Shown here: piece by piece, positions 9,860 to 19,601 of the stretch
How the letters are laid out: each line of letters opens with the position of its first letter
Position numbering within the stretch: the stretch's first letter is position 1
Source of the DNA: Candidatus Micrarchaeota archaeon
GTDB lineage: Archaea; Micrarchaeota; Micrarchaeia; Anstonellales; Bilamarchaeaceae
DNA length: 64,000 nucleotides
Assembly (NCBI GenBank): GCA_043821365.1
Contig: JBDRCX010000006.1
Span: 480,001-544,000, forward strand
Direction: 5' to 3'
Notes under the pieces: generated by a model
Seen by the model: the letters and a program-made list of their open reading frames with translations, nothing else
Told to the model about the DNA's origin: nothing
The model's database searches: none
Made by a program: the position numbers and the translations under genes

Positions 9860-9912
9860 ATCTGGCCATGGGCCAGATGGGGTTCGAGGGGCTACAGCCC
9901 CTCAAAGAACCA
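9860..9912. repeat. Intergenic twin-hairpin (REP-like) element, copy 1
   Basis: ATCTGGCC-atg-GGCCAGAT followed by GGTTC-GAGGGGCT-ac-AGCCCCTC-aaa-GAACC; flanks shared with 29167-29204. Confidence 0.75.
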
Positions 9913-9925
9913 AAAACAAACAAAA

Positions 9926-10231
9926 CTACATGAACTTTGCTTTGCACACTGGGCATTGAGTGTACATACAGTCCATTCTATACCCACAAATAGGACATAC
10001 ATAGGAAGTTTTATTAGCTCTTTCTAATTCAGCTTCAAAGTCGTAAAAGCATTTTACACATTTCTTAATGCTAAGTTCATTAAGTGCTTCACAATGTGGA
10101 CATCTTCTTCTAAACATACTTGATATTCTTACACCGCATTTTGGGCATCTTTCCATTTTTAGATTTATGTTCTCTCCGCAATTAGGACAATTATCCCCTG
10201 GTTTTTTCTTTCCTTTAAAAAAATCAAACAT
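9926..10231 (-). CDS. Double-zinc-ribbon repeat protein
   Basis: Six CxxC pairs (CPNC, CPKC, CPHC, CVKC, CPIC, CPVC); last gene of the coupled operon. Confidence 0.85.
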   Translation of the reverse strand: MFDFFKGKKKPGDNCPNCGENINLKMERCPKCGVRISSMFRRRCPHCEALNELSIKKCVKCFYDFEAELERANKTSYVCPICGYRMDCMYTQCPVCKAKFM

Positions 10232-10237
10232 TAAACA

Positions 10238-13200
10238 TCACGGTATGATAGTGCAGTTGATATCATAATTTCTTAACGGCATTATGCTCCTACCGCAGAA
10301 TTCAGTTGTATCCCCTAATTCATCTGCTATTGATCCAAAGCCGCAATCAGCATCAATATATCCAAGTTTTGAAAATACTAGTGGTTTGTTTAGAGGCGTC
10401 TGCAATGGTGTTCTCACATAAGTGTATTTTGTACTTGTACCTGTTATTGCATCTTCTATTTCAAGACAGCATTTATCTGGCTTCCCAAAGCCAGCCATCA
10501 CATCCATGTACAAGTCTGAGTCTATGTCGTCCATATCACCTGCTATAGTGTCTGTACTTCCATTCTGGAATGTTCTTGTACACTCATAAGTTCCTGATGT
10601 TTGATTACACTCATTACATCCTGCTATAGTTACCCCACCGGGTGGACATCTGAAGTTTACAATGTTTGGGTTGAAATATGGGCTTACTTCTGATGCCGTT
10701 GGATCAGCAGCTGGTAGATTACAATGTGATCCATCATCACATTCGTCTGTTCCACATAAACCTTGTGCAACATCTAATCCAGTACAAAGTGTACAATTAA
10801 CAGAAGCCTCTGCAAATTTCCTTTCAAGTACGGCGCTTGGAGGAGTAGAGGACATAAGTTGGAATGCAGTTTGCAATGCACAGAATTTTTCATCTTTTGT
10901 TCCAACCACCAAACCATCTGCTCCACTGGCAGAAGTTGTTACAAATGCCGAACTACCCGATCCTCTTACTGGACTGAAAATTATCCCCATTAATCCAGAT
11001 TTAACGAAAGTTCCTTGTTTGTTTGCTATTGCCTTAAGAAGTTCTTCGTAATTATTATCATTCCAATAGGCATTATTCGGTGCACTTAATCCAACTAGCA
11101 TAGTTGGTTTGTTTATTCTGGTGGCATTGAGTGCTGTCTGAGCATAGGATGAAATTTCATCAATTATCTGCTCCGAATTTTTATTAGGGACAGTATAATC
11201 AAAAGTAACAAGATCTATTCTGGTGCTTAATGATGGGTCATTTCCAAGGATCCCATCAATGATATCTCTGAAATTAGTCACACTGTTTGGATCAGATACA
11301 TGGAAAGCAACTAGACAACCATAACATTTGTCCTTCATTATAACTGCTCTCTCATCAATTGCAACTGCTTTAGCTGCCAATGCAGAAGTTGAGTAAGTGG
11401 AACTTCCATCTACTTCATATATTATTACTACTGCTGCACCCATACCACCTATTAATGGTTCAAAGTCATACTTACTATATTGACTTGGGGGGCTACTATC
11501 TGTTCCCCAGAAATCGCTCCAACCACTAACATCGTGGTGTTGCGGGTTGGTAAGATCCCATATGTTAGCATCACTCATCTCCAATACTGGCATTATCCCT
11601 GCTTTCATATAGTCACCAAGTCTTTCCTTCATTATGCTTGCATCTGGTATTGTTCTTGGGGCTCCCATTATACCGGGTGAATATCCATTGTAGTCACTCA
11701 TATCAGGTATATCTTCGTTATAGCATGTTGCATACTCATCCATTGTCGTATGCCAGAAATTGTAATCTGCTTCGATTTCACATATTCTTTCTGTGATCAT
11801 TTGAGATGTTGGATCAACATCTAGTTCATGGGTGACAGTTGGGAGATAAACATTATCATAGTTGTATATTTTTTGATATGCAAGTGTTGATGTTGTGCAT
11901 GGTTCACACCATCCTAATTCTCTTACAACTGGTTTGAACTCATCATCAAGTTTGCACGCGCTTCCAAATGTAGTTCCGTTGTGTTTGAACAAATATACAT
12001 AGTTGCTGAATGCAACATAATAAGCAGGTCTTCCACCGTACATTGATGGACCATAAGAATAATAGTCATATGCACGGTCCAAATATTCGTATTCTATTTG
12101 TTCCAATGTACATGCATCTGTTCCTCTGGTGGTAACCATCGGCTCGTTGAATATATTCCTTTTTCTGAATGCTTGTGCTGCAGATGAACTTAGGAGTTTT
12201 TTTGTGGAACTTGAATAATAGAGCCAATCTCCATCTCCACCATCTTCCCAATTTCCACTACCCATAAACAATTGTTCGTAATAAACTATCCATGGTATCG
12301 AGGTCAAAATTACGTCTGCAGGTATGACTTCCTCATTGCAGTCAGTGGCTGCTTTTGCTTTGAGTGCATTTATCCGTTCTGTGAAATATGGTTTAAATGC
12401 ATCCATGAGTTCCTGCCATTCAGAATCATCTATATCGTCTAAGCTGATTCGGATAAAGTCATCTGTTTCAACTCCACTTGTAACATTTACACCACAATGG
12501 TCAACAATAAACATGTCTTCGAAATCGCCTGGTATTGAAAGAGCATAACCAATAATTTCATTTCCTCTGAACTGAACTGTACCTGCATCCATCGAACCAA
12601 AAAACACAGCACCGCCTATTGGAGGTCCAGTTGCACTTTCTGTAATATCTGGATCCCATAACTCTCTGCTACAAGTATCAGCACTATAGTCATCTCTACA
12701 GTCCCAATAACTATCATAGCCCCAATAATCCCACCAATAAATCCTTGGAAATTCTATGCTTGACGGTGAGTTAATCATGTATTCATATGGGTAGTAACTG
12801 TATCGCCGTACATCATCATCCATATCATTAAAAGCATCATGAAATGTAAGGCTAAAGTTCCCCCACCATCCCCATAGTTTTTCTTTCCATGCATCATCTA
12901 TATCGCTATAATCAACATCGTCCAGTATGTGGTCACCAACAACTGCATTCATACTACCATTGACCTCAAAATACCCATATCTTACTGCTACCTCAGCATA
13001 GTCAAATGTTGGAGGGTTGTTTCCATTTAATGTCACATCCATAGTTGGATAACAAAATACTTTTTCCTGATCATTTTCATCTTTTGCAGCCACGCAATCA
13101 GTGACAATTTCGATTTCAGTATCTCCTACCTCCTGTATCATCACACCTCTATTGTAAACTGTATTGTCACATTTTCCTGAATAACACTCTGTTTTATCAA

Positions 13201-14218
13201 GTCTACATTCAAATGGCGCTCTTCCCTCTCCAGGCACAAGCCCATAAATCGATTCTGCATGTGCAATAGTCAGTTGTCTTTTGTAAAATCCTTCATCTAT
13301 TTTTTTGAATAATCTTAAGTACTCAGCATCATCATAGTAATATCCTTCATAATATCCTGACCAATCAGCAAAAAATCCATGTCGTAGATTCCTTGCAAAT
13401 TTGTAATTAGCACTATCAGCAACCACAGTTCCTGGGAGTGTATTATCTATGCTACTAGTCCAACCCGGAATTGTTATGGTTGATTCATCATAACTAACTG
13501 GTTCTGGTGGATCACTATCCATAACACAATTCTCAGTTATGTCATCTGCTGGATTGTCAAAATCTTGAAGTGTAGTAGGATTGATGTAATTCATATAACG
13601 ATCAACCTTAGTATCACCAGTCATGGTCATTGTTAATGCACAATATTTGTCAGATACTGGAAGCAGATATCTATATTGATCAAATTCATCAAATGATGCA
13701 CCTGCACCCATCCTAAATACATTTACTACTCCCTTTGATGATTTTATTATTTTTCCAAATTTTTCATCAAATGGTATGAATCTGCAATTTGCTTTGTAAA
13801 AATTCATAATTGCCGATGCTGATTCTGCCGGGGGGTCACCCTCTGCATCCTCTGCAGGGTTTGCATATCCTGGTGCAGGAGTTGGGTTAAATATGAAAGC
13901 ACCACAAACCATTGCAGTACAATTTGGATTTGTACATGGATTTTCAAAATCCTGTGAACAGATTGGTGTTAGTCTTGTTATTCCATCATCATATGTTGCA
14001 TTACATCCCGTTTGTGGATCGCATGTACCAACTATCGGGAGTTCTCCTCCATTGGGATCTATACCGTTTACTGCATTAAGTGGATAATATAATTTACATA
14101 CACTTGGAACATCACTTCCTTGTTCTCTCATACAACACCCAACTTGCGGTATCTCTTCTATACAACCAAACGCAATTATTGTGAAAACTAAAATCAAGAT
14201 AATTTTTCTATCCATCAA
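10238..14218 (-). CDS. Large Cys-rich, acidic/aromatic-rich surface lipoprotein with a putative C-terminal TIM-barrel-like domain
   Basis: Lipobox-like IIAFG/C signal; many Cys; alternating beta/alpha pattern near the C-terminus. Confidence 0.7.
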   Translation of the reverse strand: MMDRKIILILVFTIIAFGCIEEIPQVGCCMREQGSDVPSVCKLYYPLNAVNGIDPNGGELPIVGTCDPQTGCNATYDDGITRLTPICSQDFENPCTNPNCTAMVCGAFIFNPTPAPGYANPAEDAEGDPPAESASAIMNFYKANCRFIPFDEKFGKIIKSSKGVVNVFRMGAGASFDEFDQYRYLLPVSDKYCALTMTMTGDTKVDRYMNYINPTTLQDFDNPADDITENCVMDSDPPEPVSYDESTITIPGWTSSIDNTLPGTVVADSANYKFARNLRHGFFADWSGYYEGYYYDDAEYLRLFKKIDEGFYKRQLTIAHAESIYGLVPGEGRAPFECRLDKTECYSGKCDNTVYNRGVMIQEVGDTEIEIVTDCVAAKDENDQEKVFCYPTMDVTLNGNNPPTFDYAEVAVRYGYFEVNGSMNAVVGDHILDDVDYSDIDDAWKEKLWGWWGNFSLTFHDAFNDMDDDVRRYSYYPYEYMINSPSSIEFPRIYWWDYWGYDSYWDCRDDYSADTCSRELWDPDITESATGPPIGGAVFFGSMDAGTVQFRGNEIIGYALSIPGDFEDMFIVDHCGVNVTSGVETDDFIRISLDDIDDSEWQELMDAFKPYFTERINALKAKAATDCNEEVIPADVILTSIPWIVYYEQLFMGSGNWEDGGDGDWLYYSSSTKKLLSSSAAQAFRKRNIFNEPMVTTRGTDACTLEQIEYEYLDRAYDYYSYGPSMYGGRPAYYVAFSNYVYLFKHNGTTFGSACKLDDEFKPVVRELGWCEPCTTSTLAYQKIYNYDNVYLPTVTHELDVDPTSQMITERICEIEADYNFWHTTMDEYATCYNEDIPDMSDYNGYSPGIMGAPRTIPDASIMKERLGDYMKAGIMPVLEMSDANIWDLTNPQHHDVSGWSDFWGTDSSPPSQYSKYDFEPLIGGMGAAVVIIYEVDGSSTYSTSALAAKAVAIDERAVIMKDKCYGCLVAFHVSDPNSVTNFRDIIDGILGNDPSLSTRIDLVTFDYTVPNKNSEQIIDEISSYAQTALNATRINKPTMLVGLSAPNNAYWNDNNYEELLKAIANKQGTFVKSGLMGIIFSPVRGSGSSAFVTTSASGADGLVVGTKDEKFCALQTAFQLMSSTPPSAVLERKFAEASVNCTLCTGLDVAQGLCGTDECDDGSHCNLPAADPTASEVSPYFNPNIVNFRCPPGGVTIAGCNECNQTSGTYECTRTFQNGSTDTIAGDMDDIDSDLYMDVMAGFGKPDKCCLEIEDAITGTSTKYTYVRTPLQTPLNKPLVFSKLGYIDADCGFGSIADELGDTTEFCGRSIMPLRNYDINCTIIP

Positions 14219-15270
14219 ATCACTTTACTAAACATTTTTGTCAGATCTGTTGAATCTGCTCCAAGTACAGTCATTATATACCTAACAAATACCATAGTTA
14301 GGAAAAATGCAATCAATGGGTGGAGTATGAGTTGCGAATAAACTTTAGATAATTCGCTTTTTACATCTCCAAGTGCTAGTCCGCTCGATCCTCCTTCACC
14401 ACTATTCATACTAGTAAGAACTGAAACGGCGGTACTCATAGTAGGGTAACAATATTGGTCCTGTACTGTTTGTGTGTTTTCAATTGGCGGAGGGGCAGGA
14501 ACAAAACTAGGATCAAGAAGAACATAGAAAACTGGAAAAATGTAATAAAATCCAATTCCTATGGACATCATAAGTGCTCCTGCTCCGCGAGTAAAGTAAA
14601 AACTTCTTAGTAAAAGACCAAGTGGAATAAACACCCCTAGCATGTTATTCTGAATGTAACGAATGAGTTCCGCTTGTGCATTTAATGTTATCAGCATATT
14701 TGTTAAGAGATTATTTGCTATTCTAAGTCTCTCTGCACGTTGATAATATGATGTAACCCAACCTCCCTGGAAAAATGTAATTCCCAAGGCACTAAGTTGA
14801 AGATCAAGTAAGAAAAATGTGTTGTATGTTTCTGATCCTGCACTCCCATCAAGTATGCCTTCCTGTGCTTCTGCAAGTGCCAATGCCTTTTCCTGGATTT
14901 TGCACCGAATTCCATCATATGCTTGATCCATCACGGTGTTACTAGTGTCTGTGGCAGTATTCTCAATATTTATCGATTCGCCTCTACAGTTAATCGTTCC
15001 GTGTATAGTGTTCCCTGCCACTTCCAGGGCACCGCCTAGTATCAACAAGAAAAAAATCGCCATGAATCCGTTTGCAGCTGATTGTAACAATTCTGATTTT
15101 GCATAGTTTTCAAGTTCTCTTATGCTAAAAGCACGTGCAATCATCAACAGTATGTTGTAAATAGCTATAGAGGTCATGACTGCAAGTAAACATAGGAAAA
15201 TCCAATGGCTCTGCCAATTGGTAAGAATATCCACCAATAATACTGGATTTGTTATGTTCGCAACCATCAC
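14215..15270 (-). CDS. Multi-pass membrane protein, paralog 6 of tandem family (VirB6/TraG_N-like)
   Basis: Shared blocks ELENYAKSELLQ, FIPLGLLLRSFYFTRGAG and LGADSTDLTKM. Confidence 0.75.
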   Translation of the reverse strand: MMVANITNPVLLVDILTNWQSHWIFLCLLAVMTSIAIYNILLMIARAFSIRELENYAKSELLQSAANGFMAIFFLLILGGALEVAGNTIHGTINCRGESINIENTATDTSNTVMDQAYDGIRCKIQEKALALAEAQEGILDGSAGSETYNTFFLLDLQLSALGITFFQGGWVTSYYQRAERLRIANNLLTNMLITLNAQAELIRYIQNNMLGVFIPLGLLLRSFYFTRGAGALMMSIGIGFYYIFPVFYVLLDPSFVPAPPPIENTQTVQDQYCYPTMSTAVSVLTSMNSGEGGSSGLALGDVKSELSKVYSQLILHPLIAFFLTMVFVRYIMTVLGADSTDLTKMFSKVI

Positions 15271-15278
15271 TACACCAC

Positions 15279-15321
15279 ATCGAAATTATATTTCGATTTA
15301 ATAAAATATTTCATATTTTAT
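15279..15321. repeat. Two adjacent perfect palindromes with 3-nt loops
   Basis: ATCGAAAT-tat-ATTTCGAT (15279-15297) and ATAAAATAT-ttc-ATATTTTAT (15301-15321). Confidence 0.7.
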
Positions 15322-16397
15322 ACCATCTGTACTATTTTACTTAAATCTATTTCATCACCGTATAATCTTGATAAGTATGAAACACTTGCTATTGTTGCAA
15401 GCAATGCAACTGTCGGGAAAAATCCTCCTCCAATGTAAGCATGCGCAGCATATTCCAATGCATATGGTATGTCTCCCAGGCGTTCATCATTACATGGTTC
15501 TGCATATGAATTATCTATGGCTAAATAGGCACATTTTACCGGGTCTTCACCCCATGTGCTCATGGCAAAGAATTCACCGTCTGATCTTTCAAGTGCGGCT
15601 TCGCCTTCATGGAATTCAGCAGCTCCGATTCCACTTGGTTCTTCAAAAAGCACATCTCCCATCAAATAAAATACGGCAAGGACTGTTGGATAGACAATCA
15701 TAAATGCCATAGAAACTGATATCAAAACTGCTCCAAGATTTCTCATATATGGAATACACCTTACAAATATTCCAACAGGTAAGAAAACAAATGCAAATCC
15801 TTTGTATACAAATATCAGAATAAAAAGATAACTAAGCTCAGTGAAATATGTTATTACTAGTCCATTATATGCAACGTTTAGGGCAGCCATACCTGCTCCA
15901 TATCCACCATATGGTTGCATATTCTGTCCACCCCAACCAAACCAACAACCAAGCCCAACTCGGCCTATTGAGAAGTCACATATAAATCCACTATAATATG
16001 ATAGCACTGTGTATGCTTCAAGCTGATATCTGCTTACAACCATTGCATCATGAGTGAACTCAAGTCCATCACGTAAGAAATATCCCGCAGCTTCAAATAT
16101 GTTTGCACTTGGTATCCCAGTTACATCAACTACGCCTGCAATTTCAGATATGTCAATGCTGCAAAATGACGATACTGTTAGTGTAATCACTGCTATTGTA
16201 GCTATTGAAATTCCAAGTTGGATAATCTCTGTTTTTGCCCAAAGAGATAATTTTGGATTTGAAAGAGCTTTGCTTGCCATATAACTTAATGCTATCAAAA
16301 TCGCAGTTGTGACTGCTGCCAAACCAACAAGTGGAAATATTGTGGTGTCCATGAAAGTTGTAAACGGTCCGCCACACATCAGTTGGGTATCCATCAT
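15318..16397 (-). CDS. Multi-pass membrane protein, paralog 5
   Basis: PKLSLWAKTEIIQ, FLPVGIFVRCIPYMRNLG, LYGDEIDLSKI. Confidence 0.75.
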   Translation of the reverse strand: MMDTQLMCGGPFTTFMDTTIFPLVGLAAVTTAILIALSYMASKALSNPKLSLWAKTEIIQLGISIATIAVITLTVSSFCSIDISEIAGVVDVTGIPSANIFEAAGYFLRDGLEFTHDAMVVSRYQLEAYTVLSYYSGFICDFSIGRVGLGCWFGWGGQNMQPYGGYGAGMAALNVAYNGLVITYFTELSYLFILIFVYKGFAFVFLPVGIFVRCIPYMRNLGAVLISVSMAFMIVYPTVLAVFYLMGDVLFEEPSGIGAAEFHEGEAALERSDGEFFAMSTWGEDPVKCAYLAIDNSYAEPCNDERLGDIPYALEYAAHAYIGGGFFPTVALLATIASVSYLSRLYGDEIDLSKIVQMV

Positions 16398-17353
16398 GTA
16401 AACCTCGCAATTGCACTTACATCTACTTCAGCACCCATAAGCGAACTCAATCCTCTGATTGTACCTGCGACTATCAACAATGCTATCACAGGTCCAAGTG
16501 TTGCTCTAAGTAGAATTGATTTTAAGTAGGCCTTTATCCCAGTCCTTATATCCATATACGAACTTTTTGCTTTGTTATCATTACTTCCCCATGGATCATC
16601 TGCATCGCAAGTTGTTAAACTTCCAGGGCTTCCACTATAAGCTCCTGCAGCTGCTGAACCATCAAATGTTTCTGCTAACATCTCATTGAATATAATCCCC
16701 AATGGAAGCATTATATGAAGTGAAATTGCAAGTGCAATGAAAAATCCACCTGCACCTCTTGTCAGTTTAAATGTTCTTAATAAAATTCCAATCGGAAGCA
16801 AAACTTTGAGTGCATATTCTCCTGCTATTGTAACTAATTTTTCCATTCCACTAACTTCAGCATATGCAAATCCAATAATCCCACCTGCCATACCCAGAGG
16901 TGGATTAAGCATGCTATAAGCACCACAACTGCTTACAGAGTAACCCATACCAAATAAACTACACTGGAATGCTTTTGATGCTTCACGTGATGCTGATGAA
17001 TCCAAACTAGTTACGGTGTTAAGCATCGTTTTTGCATCACTACTCCAACTTGCTAATATCACTTCTGCTTTGTCTTGTATATTGCCGCTTCCGCCGGTGA
17101 ATGCACCATTTTCTGAAATTCCATCAAGAATATTTACTGATCCATAGAAAACTGCAATCATCACAAGAAGTACAAGAAGTTGGAAGAACTCTTCCTTTGC
17201 TATCATCTTTAGTTCGTTTATGTCCATACCAAAGCCAACTGCATAAACCATCGCTAGTAATGTTGCTGCGGTGAATATTGCAAGTGCTGCTGTTGTTTGC
17301 CATGCAGCAAAAGCCAAAGGCACAAACAAAAGTAAAAGAAGCAGTTTCTTCAT
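16394..17353 (-). CDS. Multi-pass membrane protein, paralog 4
   Basis: Signal peptide; NELKMIAKEEFFQ, LLPIGILLRTFKLTRGAG, LMGAEVDVSAI. Confidence 0.75.
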   Translation of the reverse strand: MKKLLLLLLFVPLAFAAWQTTAALAIFTAATLLAMVYAVGFGMDINELKMIAKEEFFQLLVLLVMIAVFYGSVNILDGISENGAFTGGSGNIQDKAEVILASWSSDAKTMLNTVTSLDSSASREASKAFQCSLFGMGYSVSSCGAYSMLNPPLGMAGGIIGFAYAEVSGMEKLVTIAGEYALKVLLPIGILLRTFKLTRGAGGFFIALAISLHIMLPLGIIFNEMLAETFDGSAAAGAYSGSPGSLTTCDADDPWGSNDNKAKSSYMDIRTGIKAYLKSILLRATLGPVIALLIVAGTIRGLSSLMGAEVDVSAIARFT

Positions 17354-17354
17354 G

Positions 17355-19601
17355 TCAGAACACCTTTGATAATCCTGGGATTTCTATGTCCCCGCCTAAG
17401 GTGTGCGACAAGCTTCTTATGAATATAAGTGTGGCAACAACATTGAACAATGGAAGTAGATAGACTGGCACCATATACTTTGCCAAATCTGTTATTACTG
17501 GTCGGCCAACTAATCCGGTGTCTCCTACTTTTGTAAATGTGCTAAGGTCCTGATCTGGTCTTGTATTTGCTGGTTTGCATAAATCCTGACAATGAGCATT
17601 TATTGGTGGGGAATACATATATTCTTCTTCTGCAAAAATACACATCTCACAAGCAGTTCTTGGTATCGCAAGTCTATATTCTGATGGACATATGTCAAGA
17701 CCACAACTTAATCCTGCAGTATAAGTTACTGGGAGTGCAGGTGAATTTGACAAAATCATTTTTTGTGCTGGACAAAGAGTGCACTCTCCCTCAGCCATTG
17801 CTTCAATTTTTAGATCTTCTAATTCATCAAGATCAACTTTGCATCCATCTGGACAACTATTACAATCTGATATGATGTCATCCCCATCTCCATCATCTGT
17901 CCTACAACTACTGGGAACTAGATTCCAATATGTACTGCCATCATGTGCATTCAAGAATTCTTGAATTCTACATTCTGGTTTGCAAGTACCGCATAAATCA
18001 TTACACACTCCAGTTGGTGGCAACACGTAGACACAATTATTTTCTGCATTATTAATATCAGCATTACAATATTGTGCTCGTTCGCATCTTTCTTCTGCGT
18101 CATCATCTGCATTTTCTTTTGTTGGTCTCCAAGTTGGGTTATTTGATTTCGTAACTCTACAATCGTAACTTGATTGCAAACATAAATCATAATCTTCTTC
18201 GTCATCTCCATTATCGCTTGCTAGATATAAGTCTATCTCGGTTATGGTAGTATCATATCTACAATCTGATGCCAGCGGAGGTATTACCTTACATGTAGTT
18301 GGGCATTTTGCTACCTCTTCAGGTATAGTTACCTGCACTGTTCGTTTTATCTTACAATGTTCTGACATCAAAGCACATGATAGCGGGACATTAATATCTT
18401 CACTATTATTATGATTTCGTTTAATACAATCTGGTGCTGTGGGGTATGGCAATTCTCTGCAACCAACTGGGCATGTTCCCCATAATCCCCAATTACAAGA
18501 GTATGCCTGCCCACCTGAATACGGGCTACTGCTATTCTGAACAGGCATACCAGTATTTGGCAATCCTGCTCCAGGAGCCCAAATTGGAAGAGTCCCATTT
18601 ACAAATTGTTCAGCTATTGTGGCATCATTAAATAATAATTTTACTTCATCACTTTGATTAAACACTGTTACCTGCCCACTCTTTACAACAAATGCAAGTG
18701 GTGGTGGTATTTTACATTCTGCAGGGCACCCACTACTATATTCTTCTGATACTCCATCTCCACTTATTGAAATTTGTAATGTAAACCAGTTAAATATATA
18801 CATTCCCGGGAAAAAAAACATGGCACCTATGGCTACCGCCATCAGAAGTCCACCAAGCTTTCTACTGAAAAAGAAGCTTCTTGCGACTATACCTATGGCA
18901 AGAATAACTGGTCCCATCTTTCCGGCTATCTCCTTCACAAAGAATTTTTGAGCGCCTACAAATGAAAGTAAGGTTGTGTAATTTTCGAAGAGTATTGCGT
19001 TCATGTCTGCGTAAAGAGCATAATATCCTCCAAAGCCCATATTTATTCCAAGTTGTGCACAATATATCAGACTCAAGCAGTTCAGACCAAATCTTCTTCC
19101 TATCCATTGTATGTCATTTGCATTACTATCAAGAACATTTTTTGCATTTGATTTTATGTTACTATAAATTTGGTCATCAAGATAATATTCTGTGACATCC
19201 TGAAGGCATTCTATACTTCCTTTTTGTGTGCCGCCATATGCTAAGTTACATCCTGCTATTGGTATTCCATCTGGTCCAGTGTCAGTCATTATTCCAATAA
19301 CAAGAAGATCTATGAATGCGATTGTTGCAATAAGGGCAACAACTATTATGGCATTTGTAAATACTTGTACAAATTCTGTTTTTGCCCATGCTTGCAATTC
19401 TGGCATCTCCAGTCCACTCCCAAACATATAGGCTATTGAAACCAGTGTGATTGATATGATAAGAGCAAGAACAGTCAGTACTTGCCAATTATTTGCTATC
19501 TCTAATATAGAATTTTCTGTAGTGTCTTCAAATACTTCGTCTGCAGTATCTGCGAAAGCAATTACAGAAAATAATAATAACAACAGCAAGATTTTTCTCA
19601 T
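17355..19601 (-). CDS. Multi-pass membrane protein, paralog 3, with ~390-aa Cys-rich extracellular insertion
   Basis: PELQAWAKTEFVQ, ILAIGIVARSFFFSRKLG, LGGDIEIPGL; CxxCPxxC-rich insert. Confidence 0.75.
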   Translation of the reverse strand: MRKILLLLLLFSVIAFADTADEVFEDTTENSILEIANNWQVLTVLALIISITLVSIAYMFGSGLEMPELQAWAKTEFVQVFTNAIIVVALIATIAFIDLLVIGIMTDTGPDGIPIAGCNLAYGGTQKGSIECLQDVTEYYLDDQIYSNIKSNAKNVLDSNANDIQWIGRRFGLNCLSLIYCAQLGINMGFGGYYALYADMNAILFENYTTLLSFVGAQKFFVKEIAGKMGPVILAIGIVARSFFFSRKLGGLLMAVAIGAMFFFPGMYIFNWFTLQISISGDGVSEEYSSGCPAECKIPPPLAFVVKSGQVTVFNQSDEVKLLFNDATIAEQFVNGTLPIWAPGAGLPNTGMPVQNSSSPYSGGQAYSCNWGLWGTCPVGCRELPYPTAPDCIKRNHNNSEDINVPLSCALMSEHCKIKRTVQVTIPEEVAKCPTTCKVIPPLASDCRYDTTITEIDLYLASDNGDDEEDYDLCLQSSYDCRVTKSNNPTWRPTKENADDDAEERCERAQYCNADINNAENNCVYVLPPTGVCNDLCGTCKPECRIQEFLNAHDGSTYWNLVPSSCRTDDGDGDDIISDCNSCPDGCKVDLDELEDLKIEAMAEGECTLCPAQKMILSNSPALPVTYTAGLSCGLDICPSEYRLAIPRTACEMCIFAEEEYMYSPPINAHCQDLCKPANTRPDQDLSTFTKVGDTGLVGRPVITDLAKYMVPVYLLPLFNVVATLIFIRSLSHTLGGDIEIPGLSKVF

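Noticed and set aside
9707-10027. 106-aa plus-strand ORF across the REP-like element
   Set aside because: It is antisense to two better-supported genes and has no protein-like features. The same applies to the many short antisense or alternate-frame ORFs inside long genes.
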